The notes: a model not told the origin generated them from the letters alone. A stretch of DNA of 32,000 nt from Mycolicibacterium xanthum (GCF_019710635.1 NZ_JAIFZS010000057.1:3775-35774); one strand, 5' to 3'. Numbered from the stretch's first letter, positions 7,708 to 15,998 are shown. Program-made: numbers and translations.

Positions 7708-7953
7708 ATGTCCACACTGCGGGTGTACCTGCGCATTCAGGCGATGATGTTCGTCTTCGGCCTCGTCGGCCCGATCTTCCTGGTCGTCTTCTTCGCCGCC
7801 CCGCCCGACCCCGAGATGCGCTGGATGTTCTGGTGGGGGCTGTTCATCACCGCCGCGGACATCCTGATCGCGCTGGTGGTCACCGATTCGACGGTGCGCA
7901 GCGAACGTGCCGTGGCCGCGGCCCACGCTCGCCAGGAAGCCGAGGACGGCTGA
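7708..7953 (+). CDS. Small hypothetical membrane protein (2 predicted TM helices)
   Basis: 81-aa ORF with hydrophobic segments MMFVFGLVGPIFLVVFFAA and WWGLFITAADILIALVV. GC3-rich codon usage. An ATG start with GGGAGAG upstream. Confidence 0.55.
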   Translation: MSTLRVYLRIQAMMFVFGLVGPIFLVVFFAAPPDPEMRWMFWWGLFITAADILIALVVTDSTVRSERAVAAAHARQEAEDG

Positions 7954-7956
7954 ACC

Positions 7957-8337
7957 ATGGGTTACCCCTATCCCGGCTACCCCGGTTATGGCCATCCCCC
8001 GCCGGCCCGGCCGCAGCGTTCCGGTGCCGACATGGCGATCTCGATCACGGTGCTGGTGTTCATCGTGGCACTCGGCGGGATCGCGGCGGTGATGGGCTTG
8101 TTCTCGGTGGCGTTCATCGACCACTGCCCACCGGCGACATGCAGCATCGAGGGCGCGGTGACCGCGGTGTTCACCTCGCTGCTGGTGGCCGGGGGCATCG
8201 GCGTCGCCGGCGTGGTGTTGACCATCGTGCAACTGGTCCGGCGCAGGACCGCCTGGCCGTTCGCGGTGGCAACCCTGGCGCTGTGCCTGATGACACTGTT
8301 CGTCGGCGCCGTGGGATATGTTGCCGCCGTGAGCTGA
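7957..8337 (+). CDS. Hypothetical membrane protein with a Pro/Tyr/Gly-rich N-terminus
   Basis: 126 aa starting MGYPYPGYPGYGHPPP, followed by 3-4 hydrophobic helices. It starts 4 bp after the previous stop, preceded by GAGGACGG. Confidence 0.6.
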   Translation: MGYPYPGYPGYGHPPPARPQRSGADMAISITVLVFIVALGGIAAVMGLFSVAFIDHCPPATCSIEGAVTAVFTSLLVAGGIGVAGVVLTIVQLVRRRTAWPFAVATLALCLMTLFVGAVGYVAAVS

Positions 8338-8405
8338 GGCACCGCCAGAAGTGCTGCACTGCAGCCTGTTTCGACGACGAGTTGCCGGATGCGACCGGCC
8401 GCTGG

Positions 8406-8870
8406 ATGATCCGCGGCATGGATAGTTCGACGGCGTTTGAACTCGCAGGCACCGATGCCCTCGGCCAGGCCGCGCTGGCCGCGGCCGGTGAGGTCTGCGC
8501 GGCCGAACTATTGGAGGCCGCGATCCTGCGACTGGAAGCCGGCCGGGATCTCAACGCCGTCATCGTCGACCTCTTCGAACGCGGCCGCGCGCAGGCCGCC
8601 GCCCTCGACACCGTCGGGGTGCTGCGGGACGGCTCGGCGGGCCCGCTGGCCGGAGTTCCCTTTCTGCTCAAGGACCTTGGCGCGTCGCTGGCGGGAACGC
8701 CCGAGCCGTCGCTGTTCGGTCCCACCGCCAACCCGTGGTCGCCGACGATCACCCCGGGCGCCTCCAGCGGAGGGTCGGCGGCCGCCGTCGCGCCCGGTAT
8801 CGTGCCCGCGGCCTCCGGTGGTGATGGTCGCGCGTTCGGCATACCTTCAGCGGCCGGATCACTCCGACTG
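8406..8870 (+). pseudogene. Amidase-signature-family amidase, degraded N-terminal fragment
   Basis: STAFELAGTDALGQAALAAAGEVCAAELLEAAILRLEA..GPLAGVPFLLKDL is a typical amidase N-terminus. About 55 aa appear to be missing between LAGTPEPS and LFGPTANPW. The GGSSGGS and GGGSIRIP blocks are corrupted (PGASSGGS, GGDGRAFGIPSAA). Similarity is lost after about 8870. Confidence 0.7.
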
Positions 8871-8895
8871 GCAATTACTCAAGGCGGGTTGAAAC

Positions 8896-8933
8896 GAATC
8901 CGCCCACCCCGGTATGTCGGGATGGGCGGATTC
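8896..8933 (-). terminator. Strong hairpin, candidate intrinsic terminator for the small secreted-protein gene
   Basis: GAATCCGCCCA (8896-8906) pairs perfectly with TGGGCGGATTC (8923-8933). Inner CCCG/CGGG pairs extend the stem around a short loop. The hairpin starts 26 nt downstream of the minus-strand stop at 8959. Confidence 0.45.
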
Positions 8934-8958
8934 TCTGTGTGGTCCAAACGCCGAGCCG

Positions 8959-9228
8959 CTACTTGTTCTGCCCCGGCGCGTTTTCTGGGCCGTTGTTCTT
9001 GACATCGTGGACACCTTTCGCGATGACGCCCCCTTGCAGGTGTCCGGCGGTTGCCGCGGAGCTGGCCGCCGGACCCCAATCGGTGCCGGACGCTTTGTCG
9101 TGCCCGGGGACGTCGAGCCCCCAGACCGGCCCGTGATTACCCCGATTTCCCTCGTCGGCCCAAGCCGTTGCGACCGTTCCCATCATCAGACCGAACACAG
9201 CGGTGCCCACGATCAGTGCTCGTTTCAC
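8959..9228 (-). CDS. Small secreted protein of unknown function (Gly/His/Asp-rich mature peptide of about 65 aa)
   Basis: The GTG at 9228 is preceded by GGAGGGGGA. The signal peptide is VKRALIVGTAVFGLMMGTVATAWA followed by DEG. The mature part has no Cys, no TM helix and several His. An alternative ATG start lies at 9258. Confidence 0.6.
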   Translation of the reverse strand: MKRALIVGTAVFGLMMGTVATAWADEGNRGNHGPVWGLDVPGHDKASGTDWGPAASSAATAGHLQGGVIAKGVHDVKNNGPENAPGQNK

Positions 9229-9511
9229 GGGTATCCCCCTCCATTGGATGCGGCACATTGCTGCATGCTTTGAATGCCGAACTGTGCTGAACAGCTAATG
9301 GCATGGATCCGCCGGGTGCTAGAGGCTAAGGTCCTTTGTCGATCCGTTGTCACCAGTTTGCTGTCAGCCCTCTGGCCTGACCAGCGGGGCGATCGCAATC
9401 GCTAAGATCTCGTCTGGGTCGGCGGCGCGCTTCGTCATCAACGCCCCAGTGCCGCGGGCGGGGGTGGTGGTCACGACGACTTTCTTATGCTGTCTTTTCA
9501 CACTGGCCTAC

Positions 9512-9784
9512 GCCGCCCCGCCGCCCTACCGGCTGCTCGACCAGCCGCGCGGCACCACCCGGGCGTTCTTCGACGTGGAGTTCGCCACCACCGGGTGGAC
9601 GTCGCTGGCCAACGTCACCGGGTGGGCCGCGATGTCGCTGCCACTGGGCGTCACCGCCGACGGCCTGCCGATCGGCGTCCAGCTGATGGCACCCGACGAG
9701 ACGATCCTGCTGAAGCTGTCCGCCCAGCTGGAAACGGCGATACCGTGGGCCGGCCGCCGACCGCCGGGCGGGGTGGCCGGCTGA
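9512..9784 (+). pseudogene. Amidase-signature-family amidase, C-terminal fragment in a different frame from the N-terminal fragment
   Basis: TSLANVTGWAAMSLPLGVTADGLPIGVQLMAPDETILLKLSAQLETAIPWAGRRP matches the conserved amidase C-terminus. The upstream part of ORF 9347..9784 has no amidase similarity. Confidence 0.7.
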
Positions 9785-9798
9785 CCCGAGGAGGCCGC

Positions 9799-10650
9799 AT
9801 GCTCAGGGACATCCGGGAACTGACCGATGACCCGGAGGAGTACGCGGCGGAACTGCGCCGACGCTGGGGCGGCCTGCTCAGCTACCGCTACATCGGCCGC
9901 AGCTACGCCCAGATGGATCTCGGGCCCGAGGACAACACCGTCACGGTGCGGCGCGACATGCGCGACGGCGCCGGCGGGCTGCTGCTGGCCGTCCTCGGCA
10001 TCGCCTCCCCGGAGGGCGGCCACATGTCCGACCTGGAGGCGGTGCCCAACCCGGTGATCCACAGCTGCCAGATCCTCGACCCGGGAGTCGGCGTCGAGCG
10101 CATCGAGATCGTCTCCGAGGAGATCAAGCGCGGCAGGCAGATGGGCTACAGCCGGTCGAAGATCGTCGACGCCGACCACCCGGCCCGGGTGCTGGCGCTG
10201 ACCGAAGGTCAGGGCATCAGCATCGGCACGCCGCCCGCCGGCCTGCAGAAGATGGCGGCCAACCCGCTCGAGATCGCCGACTCCCCCGCCCTGCCCCCGC
10301 TGTGGGAGGTGTTCGGCGCCCGGCTACGGTCCGACGGCCGCTGGGCACTGCCGGAGCTGTCCGTCGACGTCGCCTCCCCCGATGCTGCGCTGCACATCGG
10401 ACCGCAGTTCGTCACCCTCGAGGCCGCCGCCGTGCAGCGTGCCGCCGAGCTGACCGGCACCACCCGGCTGCACGGTGTCTCGTCGCACGTCATGTTCGTC
10501 GCCCGCGGCAAGGCCGGTCCGTTCCGTGTCGAGACAGAGCCGCTGATGGGAGCCCCGGGCGCCGTCGCGGTGCGGGTGGTGATGCACGACGAGGGCTGCG
10601 ACGATCGCGTCACCACCGTGGGCTCGTACCTATTTCGGAGAGCCGATTAG
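9799..10650 (+). CDS. Conserved hypothetical protein, possibly a tandem hotdog-fold (PaaI-like thioesterase) protein
   Basis: The internal ATG at 9799 of ORF 9487..10650 is preceded by GAGGAGG. Two halves have similar patterns (GGLLLAVLGIASPEGG and LHIGPQFVTLEAAAV). The functional assignment is weak. Confidence 0.6.
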   Translation: MLRDIRELTDDPEEYAAELRRRWGGLLSYRYIGRSYAQMDLGPEDNTVTVRRDMRDGAGGLLLAVLGIASPEGGHMSDLEAVPNPVIHSCQILDPGVGVERIEIVSEEIKRGRQMGYSRSKIVDADHPARVLALTEGQGISIGTPPAGLQKMAANPLEIADSPALPPLWEVFGARLRSDGRWALPELSVDVASPDAALHIGPQFVTLEAAAVQRAAELTGTTRLHGVSSHVMFVARGKAGPFRVETEPLMGAPGAVAVRVVMHDEGCDDRVTTVGSYLFRRAD

Positions 10651-10682
10651 GCCGCTGTGACAGGCATGGGACACTTCTGCGC

Positions 10683-11630
10683 ATGGCTCTCGACATCGCA
10701 CGTCCCAAGCTCGAAGGCAATATCGCCGTCGGTGAAGAACGCCAGATCGGATTCGCCGAGTTCGGGGATCCGCAGGGGCGGGCGATCTTCTGGTTGCACG
10801 GCACGCCCGGTGCCCGGCGCCAGATCCCGGTTGAGGCCCGGATCTATGCCGAGCGGCACCAGATCCGGCTGATCGGGGTGGACCGGCCCGGCATCGGCTC
10901 CTCGACCCCGCACGAGTACGAGACCGTCATCGACTTCGCCGAGGATCTGCGCACCATCGCCGACACGCTGGGCATCGACAAGATGGAGGTCATCGGGCTA
11001 TCCGGCGGCGGGCCGTACACCCTGGGCTGCGCGGCAGCGATGCCCGAACGGGTGATCGCGGTCGGTGTTCTCGGCGGCGTGGCCCCCACCCAGGGCGAGG
11101 ACCGCATCGGCGGCGGGCTGATGGGCGGCCTCGGGCTGCACGCTGCCCCGCTGCTCGAATACGCCGGTGCTCCGCTCAGCAGAGTCGCGACCCGGCTCAT
11201 CCGGCTGATCAAGCCGGTTGCCGAGCCCGGCATCTATCTGTACGCCAGCATCTCACCGGAAGGCGACCGCCGGCTGCTGGCGCGCCCGGAGTTCAAGGCG
11301 ATGTTCCTCGACGACCTGCTCAACGGGGCCCGCAAGCAACTCGCCGCGCCGTTCGCCGACGTCGTGGTGTTCGCCAGGGACTGGGGATTCCGCCTCGACG
11401 AGGTCAAGGTGCCGGTGCGCTGGTGGCACGGCGACCGCGACCACATCGTCCCCTACGCACACGGCGAACACGTCGTCTCCAGGCTCCCCGACGCGCAGCT
11501 GTTCACGCTGCCGGGCGAGAGCCACCTCGGAGGCCTCGGCGAGGCGGAGACGATCCTGGCCTCGATGGTCCAGCTGTGGGACGCCTGCCAGTCCGAGTCT
11601 GACGGCGCGCCCGGCGGCGGGAAACGCTGA
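10683..11630 (+). CDS. Alpha/beta-fold hydrolase
   Basis: From the ATG at 10683: AIFWLHGTPGARR (oxyanion region), nucleophile elbow VIGLSGGGPY, and late WWHGDRDHIVP and GESHLG (Asp and His). Confidence 0.85.
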   Translation: MALDIARPKLEGNIAVGEERQIGFAEFGDPQGRAIFWLHGTPGARRQIPVEARIYAERHQIRLIGVDRPGIGSSTPHEYETVIDFAEDLRTIADTLGIDKMEVIGLSGGGPYTLGCAAAMPERVIAVGVLGGVAPTQGEDRIGGGLMGGLGLHAAPLLEYAGAPLSRVATRLIRLIKPVAEPGIYLYASISPEGDRRLLARPEFKAMFLDDLLNGARKQLAAPFADVVVFARDWGFRLDEVKVPVRWWHGDRDHIVPYAHGEHVVSRLPDAQLFTLPGESHLGGLGEAETILASMVQLWDACQSESDGAPGGGKR

Positions 11631-11633
11631 GGC

Positions 11634-11858
11634 TCAGCGCTTCAGCCAGCCCTGCACGGTGGCGATGTCGCTGCTGTAGGACTGCATGATGTCGTCGTGG
11701 TACAGCGTGCCGCCGCTGATCGCCGTGTCACCCCGCCAGACCACGTGCACCCGGACGATGCCCTTGTCGAAGTAATCGCTGCGATCGGCCACCCGGTGGT
11801 GCCATCCGGTCTCCTCGGCGAGAGCCGAGAACGCTCGCCGCTCGTCGGTGTCAACCAT
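11634..11858 (-). CDS. Small hypothetical cytoplasmic protein (74 aa)
   Basis: The ATG is preceded by a strong GAAGGAGGA Shine-Dalgarno sequence. It is co-oriented with cinA and lies 27 bp downstream of it. I recognise no family. Confidence 0.55.
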   Translation of the reverse strand: MVDTDERRAFSALAEETGWHHRVADRSDYFDKGIVRVHVVWRGDTAISGGTLYHDDIMQSYSSDIATVQGWLKR

Positions 11859-11885
11859 CGATGATCCTCCTTCGTCGGGGCTACT

Positions 11886-13178
11886 CTAGCGGTCTCCGGA
11901 CAGCGCCCGGCGCAGCAGATGCATGGCGACCGTCGTCGAGCGCTCGCGGACATCGCTGCGGTCGCCGGGCAGCAGCGTGGTCCGCGTGGTCATCTCCACC
12001 CCCGCGCCAGCGCTCGCCACCGCTACCGAAAAGCACACCGTGCCAACCGGTTTGGACTCAGTCCCGCCGCCCGGTCCGGCGATTCCGGTGACCGCGACCG
12101 AGGTGTCGGCACCGAACCGCCGCAGTGCGCCGCGGGCCATCGCCTCGGCGACCGGCTCGGACACGGCGCCGTGGTGTTCGATCAGCGCGGCGTCGACCCC
12201 CAGCAACTCGGACTTCGCCGAGTTCGCGTACGCCGTCACGCCACCGGCGACATAAGCCGAGGAGCCCGGGCGCTCGGTGAGCCGGGCGGACAGCAGGCCG
12301 CCCGTGCAGGACTCCGCGGTGGCGATCCGCCTGCCCGTGAGCAACCCGGCGATCTGGTCGTCGACCAGCGACCCGTCCTCGGAGAAGATTTCGCGGGCAT
12401 GGCGATCCCGCAGCACCGTCAGCAGGTCCGAGTAGGCCGCGGCGTCAGCCGGCTCGAATCGGGTGACGATCTCCAGTTCGCCGCGGCGCAGGCAGGTGGT
12501 GATCTCCAGCCGGTCGAATCCGTCGACGCTGCGCTCGGCGTCGCGCAGGGTGTCGGCGAGCCCCGATTCGGGCAGCCCGAACATCCGGACCGTCTGCTGG
12601 CGGAACACCGTGCGACCGGCGATCGCGGTTTGCACCGCCTCGGTGGCCACCGCGGCACCCCACATCGGCTGCAGCTCGCGGGGTGGACCGGGCAACACCA
12701 CCACCGTCGGGGTCCCCGGGACCACGACGCCGGGTGCGGTGCCCACCGGGTCGAGGATGATCGCGCCCCGCGGCACCAGCGCCTGCTTTCGGTTGGCGGC
12801 CCGGACCGCCTCGACGTCCACCCCGGGGAAGCGGGCCATCATGGTGGTGACGATCTCGCCGATGCGCGCCTCCAGCGCATCGTCGAGTACCAGTTCGCGA
12901 CCGCAGAACCGGGCGACGATCTCGACCGTCATGTCGTCGGCGGTCGGCCCGAGGCCACCGCTGGTGATGATGAGGTCCACGTCCTGATCGGCCAGGAAGC
13001 GCAGCTGGGCCTCGATGTCGGCGGGGCGGTCACCACACAGCGTGATGTGGCCCAGCTCCACACCGAGTTCCAGCAGCCGGTCGGCCAGCCACGGACCGTT
13101 GCGGTCTGCCACGCGTCCAGTGAGGACCTCGGTCCCCGTCACCACGATCCCGGCCCGTACGCTCACGGGAGGAGACAC
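11886..13178 (-). CDS. cinA: CinA: competence/damage-inducible protein with an N-terminal MoCF-biosynthesis-like domain and a C-terminal PncC NMN-amidohydrolase domain
   Basis: [41 protein letters not shown] and the C-terminal [28 protein letters not shown] are diagnostic. The GTG start is at 13178, with an alternative at 13165. Confidence 0.9.
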   Translation of the reverse strand: MSPPVSVRAGIVVTGTEVLTGRVADRNGPWLADRLLELGVELGHITLCGDRPADIEAQLRFLADQDVDLIITSGGLGPTADDMTVEIVARFCGRELVLDDALEARIGEIVTTMMARFPGVDVEAVRAANRKQALVPRGAIILDPVGTAPGVVVPGTPTVVVLPGPPRELQPMWGAAVATEAVQTAIAGRTVFRQQTVRMFGLPESGLADTLRDAERSVDGFDRLEITTCLRRGELEIVTRFEPADAAAYSDLLTVLRDRHAREIFSEDGSLVDDQIAGLLTGRRIATAESCTGGLLSARLTERPGSSAYVAGGVTAYANSAKSELLGVDAALIEHHGAVSEPVAEAMARGALRRFGADTSVAVTGIAGPGGGTESKPVGTVCFSVAVASAGAGVEMTTRTTLLPGDRSDVRERSTTVAMHLLRRALSGDR

Positions 13179-13210
13179 TACGCAGCGCCGTGGTCGGGCC
13201 GGCCCGGCGG

Positions 13211-13957
13211 CTACTTGTGGGGCACGTCGAGGACCAGCCCACCGTCCATGACGAACTCGGCGCCGGTCGAATACCGCGACTCGTCACTGGCCAGGAACAC
13301 CACGAAGGTGGCCACCTCGTCGGGCTGCCCCGGCCGGCCCAGCGGGATGCGCAGCATGTCATCCGGGAAGTACTTGGTCATCGGGGTGCGGATGAACCCC
13401 GGATGTACCGAGTTGACCCGGATGTTGTGCGCGCCGAGTTCGAGCGCGGCGGACTTGGTCAGGCCGCGCACCGCCCACTTGGAGGCGACGTAGGGGTGCA
13501 CCATGACGGCGCCGCGCAGCCCCTCGATCGACGAGATGTTGATGATCGAACCGCCCCCGGCGGCCTTCATCGCCTCGACCGAGGCCTGCATGCCGAGGAA
13601 CGTGCCGGTGAGGTTGACGTCGATGACCTTCTGCCACTTGGCCATGTCGAACTGGCCGATCAGGCCGAGTGCCACGGTTCCGGCGTTGTTGACCAGCACG
13701 TTGAGCGTGCCGAACTCGGTGACCGCGGTGTCCACCGCCGCCTCCCACTGGTCGGCCTGCGTGACGTCGAGGTGCACGTACTGCGCGGCGCCGGGGTGTT
13801 CGGCGTCGATCTCGTCGGCCAGCGCCTTGCCCTTGTCGTCGAGGATGTCCCCGATCACGACCTTCGCCCCCTCGGCGACCAGCGCCCGGGCATCGGCTGC
13901 ACCCATCCCCTGTGCCCCGCCACTGATGAGTGCCACTTTTCCGTCCACGCGTCCCAT
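13211..13957 (-). CDS. Short-chain dehydrogenase/reductase, FabG3-like 3-alpha(or 20-beta)-hydroxysteroid dehydrogenase
   Basis: [16 protein letters not shown] (TGxxxGxG-type), LVNNAG, and [19 protein letters not shown] (Ser-Tyr-Lys triad). It is collinear with my recollection of M. tuberculosis FabG3. Confidence 0.88.
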   Translation of the reverse strand: MGRVDGKVALISGGAQGMGAADARALVAEGAKVVIGDILDDKGKALADEIDAEHPGAAQYVHLDVTQADQWEAAVDTAVTEFGTLNVLVNNAGTVALGLIGQFDMAKWQKVIDVNLTGTFLGMQASVEAMKAAGGGSIINISSIEGLRGAVMVHPYVASKWAVRGLTKSAALELGAHNIRVNSVHPGFIRTPMTKYFPDDMLRIPLGRPGQPDEVATFVVFLASDESRYSTGAEFVMDGGLVLDVPHK

Positions 13958-13991
13958 GGGCCGAGAGGTTACCGCACCGCCGGCGAGAAAC

Positions 13992-14005
13992 TAGAACCTG
14001 TTCCA
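13992..14005. promoter_or_regulatory. KstR-type operator box TAGAACCTGTTCCA
   Basis: It fits the published KstR motif TnnAACnnGTTnnA at all fixed positions, and the left half equals the ideal TAGAAC. It lies in the 79-bp divergent intergenic region. On the minus strand it abuts a -10-like TAGTTT for the SDR gene. Confidence 0.6.
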
Positions 14006-14036
14006 ATTCGGCCGCCGACCACGCATACTGCTGGCC

Positions 14037-15113
14037 ATGGCTATTCGGGTGGCGCTGATCGGTACCGGCAACTGCGGCAGCATCGCATTGCGTCAACTGA
14101 TCTCCGACGCACGCTTCGATCTGACCGGTGTGTGGGTGTCGTCTCCGGCCAAAATCGGCAAGGACGCCGGGGAACTGGCCCGCCTCGACGTGATGACGGG
14201 TGTCACCGCCGTCGGCGATATGCCCGCGATCATCGCAGCGCGCCCGGACTGCGTGGTCTACTGCGCGATGGGCGACGTGCGGCCGAAGGAGTCGCTGGCC
14301 GACGTCCGGGCCTTCCTCGAGGCCGGCATCAACGTCGTCGGATCGTCCCCGGGGTTCCTGGCCTATCCGTGGGGCGTCATTCCCGACCGGGCCATCGAGC
14401 GGGTCGAGGCCGCTGCCCGGCAGGGCGATGCGAGCGTCTTCGTCACCGGCGTGGATCCCGGATTCGTCACCGATCTGCTTCCGCTGGCGCTGGCGGGCAC
14501 CTGCCAGAGCGTCGAGCAGATCCGGACGATGGAGATCGCCGACTACGCCACCTACGACGGCGCGACGGTGATGTTCGACGTGATGGGGTTCGGCAACGAG
14601 ATCGGCGATCTGCCGATGCTCTATCAGCCCGGCATGCTGAGCCTGGCCTGGGGCGTCGGGATCCGCCAGCTCGCGGCGGGCCTGGGCATCGAGATCGACG
14701 ACATCCGCGACAGCGTGGAACAGGGACCCGCCCCGGAGGATTTCGACGTCGCGGTCGGCACCATCAGGAAGGGCACCGTAGCCGCGGTGCGCTTCCTGAT
14801 CGAGGGTCTGGTGGGTGGCAGGCCGGCCATCGTGGTGGAGCACATCACCCGGCTGCGCGGCGACCTTCGGCCCGACTGGGCGCAACCCGCACAGCAGGGC
14901 GGGTCCTACCGGGTCGAGATCACCGGCGAGCCGTCCTATGTGATGGACATCTGCCCGACCAGCCGGCACGGCGACCACAACTACGCGGCGATCCTGGCGG
15001 CGGCCGGCCGCATCGTCAACGCCATCCCGGACGTGGTGGCGGCCGCGCCGGGGATCCGGACCACGCTGGACCTGCCGCTGGTCACCGGCAACGGCGTCTA
15101 CCGGCCGGCCTGA
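14037..15113 (+). CDS. DapB-like NAD(P)-binding oxidoreductase (dihydrodipicolinate reductase N-terminal-like/amine dehydrogenase family)
   Basis: 358 aa with the Rossmann start MAIRVALIGTGNCGS and GINVVGSSPGF. The overall layout resembles the DapB-like family. The substrate is unknown. Confidence 0.7.
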   Translation: MAIRVALIGTGNCGSIALRQLISDARFDLTGVWVSSPAKIGKDAGELARLDVMTGVTAVGDMPAIIAARPDCVVYCAMGDVRPKESLADVRAFLEAGINVVGSSPGFLAYPWGVIPDRAIERVEAAARQGDASVFVTGVDPGFVTDLLPLALAGTCQSVEQIRTMEIADYATYDGATVMFDVMGFGNEIGDLPMLYQPGMLSLAWGVGIRQLAAGLGIEIDDIRDSVEQGPAPEDFDVAVGTIRKGTVAAVRFLIEGLVGGRPAIVVEHITRLRGDLRPDWAQPAQQGGSYRVEITGEPSYVMDICPTSRHGDHNYAAILAAAGRIVNAIPDVVAAAPGIRTTLDLPLVTGNGVYRPA

Positions 15114-15114
15114 A

Positions 15115-15561
15115 TCAGGTGCGGGCGACGCCGCGCCAGGCCAGCCGTACCCGGGTGCCGTCGGTGGAGCCCTCGATCGTGGCCTCGTCGGACAGCGTCT
15201 TCATCAGCGGTATCCCGCGGCCGCGGGTGCGCGGCGTGGGATCGGTCTGCGGGGTGCGCCAGGTGCCGTGGTCACAGATCTCCACCGTCAGGGTCTGCTG
15301 ATCGGGGTGGTAGGCCGCCTGCATGTCGATGGTGCCCGGGCGGTCGTCGAGCACGTAGGCGAACTCGGCGGCGTTGGCCAGCGCCTCATTGGTCGCCAGC
15401 ACCAGATCACTGCTGCGCACGGCGTCGAGGTCGAAGAACCGGCCGAGCCACCGCGCGAAATCCTCGCGGGCCCGCGCGACCGCCCCGGCGTCGGCGTCCA
15501 GGCCGAGGCGTTCGAAGCGCTCGGAGTCGGCGACCTCAGCCGGCGGCATGGACTCGATCAT
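15115..15561 (-). CDS. Anti-sigma-factor-type serine kinase (RsbW/SpoIIAB-like, HATPase_c_2)
   Basis: 148 aa with an N-box-like LATNEALANAAEFAY and a G-box-like RGRGIPLM. It lies directly downstream of the STAS gene on the same strand. Confidence 0.8.
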   Translation of the reverse strand: MIESMPPAEVADSERFERLGLDADAGAVARAREDFARWLGRFFDLDAVRSSDLVLATNEALANAAEFAYVLDDRPGTIDMQAAYHPDQQTLTVEICDHGTWRTPQTDPTPRTRGRGIPLMKTLSDEATIEGSTDGTRVRLAWRGVART

Positions 15562-15605
15562 GGCAGTCGGTGGCTACCCCGCTGGACATGTTCCTACGCG
15601 CTTTC

Positions 15606-15998
15606 CTACGTGTTGTATGCGGCCAGCGCCTCATCCAGGCTCGGATAAAGACTGACGATGTCGGCGATGCCCACCAGTTTGAGCGGCCGACTGGTGGCCG
15701 GGCCTTCCGCGACCACGCTGAATGCGACGTCGGGGCCGGCCTTGTCGTGCGCGGCGACCAACACGCCCATTCCGGCCGAGGCCAGGAACTCGACATCGGT
15801 GAAATCGACCACCACACCTGCGGGCCGCTGGTCGAGCGCCGCGTTGATGGCGGCCTCGAGCTGGGGCGAGGTGAGCATGTCGACGACGCCGGCGACCGAC
15901 ACGACCGCCACGCGGTCGACCCACCGCTCGGTGACGACACAGTTCGAGGCGGTCGCCCCGCCGGCACCCTGCGTGCCTTCGGCTGCTTGCTCGTCCAA
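15606..15998 (-). CDS. STAS-domain anti-sigma-factor antagonist (RsbV/SpoIIAA-like)
   Basis: TTG start with GGAAGG upstream. The motif VVVDFTDVEFLASAGMGVL retains the Ser that aligns with the phosphorylated Ser of SpoIIAA (FMDSSGLG). Confidence 0.85.
   Translation of the reverse strand: MDEQAAEGTQGAGGATASNCVVTERWVDRVAVVSVAGVVDMLTSPQLEAAINAALDQRPAGVVVDFTDVEFLASAGMGVLVAAHDKAGPDVAFSVVAEGPATSRPLKLVGIADIVSLYPSLDEALAAYNT

Noticed and set aside
9364-9501. 45-codon minus-strand ORF (VKRQHKKVVVTTTPARGTGALMTKRAADPDEILAIAIAPLVRPEG) at the right edge of the amidase scar
   Set aside because: It has no Shine-Dalgarno sequence, no family resemblance, and lies at a junction of decayed sequence. The evidence is insufficient to call a gene.
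8850-9520. Insertion sequence or transposon as the cause of the amidase disruption
   Set aside because: There is no transposase or integrase ORF, no terminal inverted repeats and no flanking direct repeat visible. The inserted length roughly equals the missing amidase segment, which suggests replacement rather than simple insertion.
13190-15301. 703-aa plus-strand and 539-aa minus-strand ORFs spanning the SDR and DapB-like genes
   Set aside because: They cross several well-supported genes on both strands, and their translations are Arg/Gly/Asp/His-rich nonsense. This is a high-G+C artefact.
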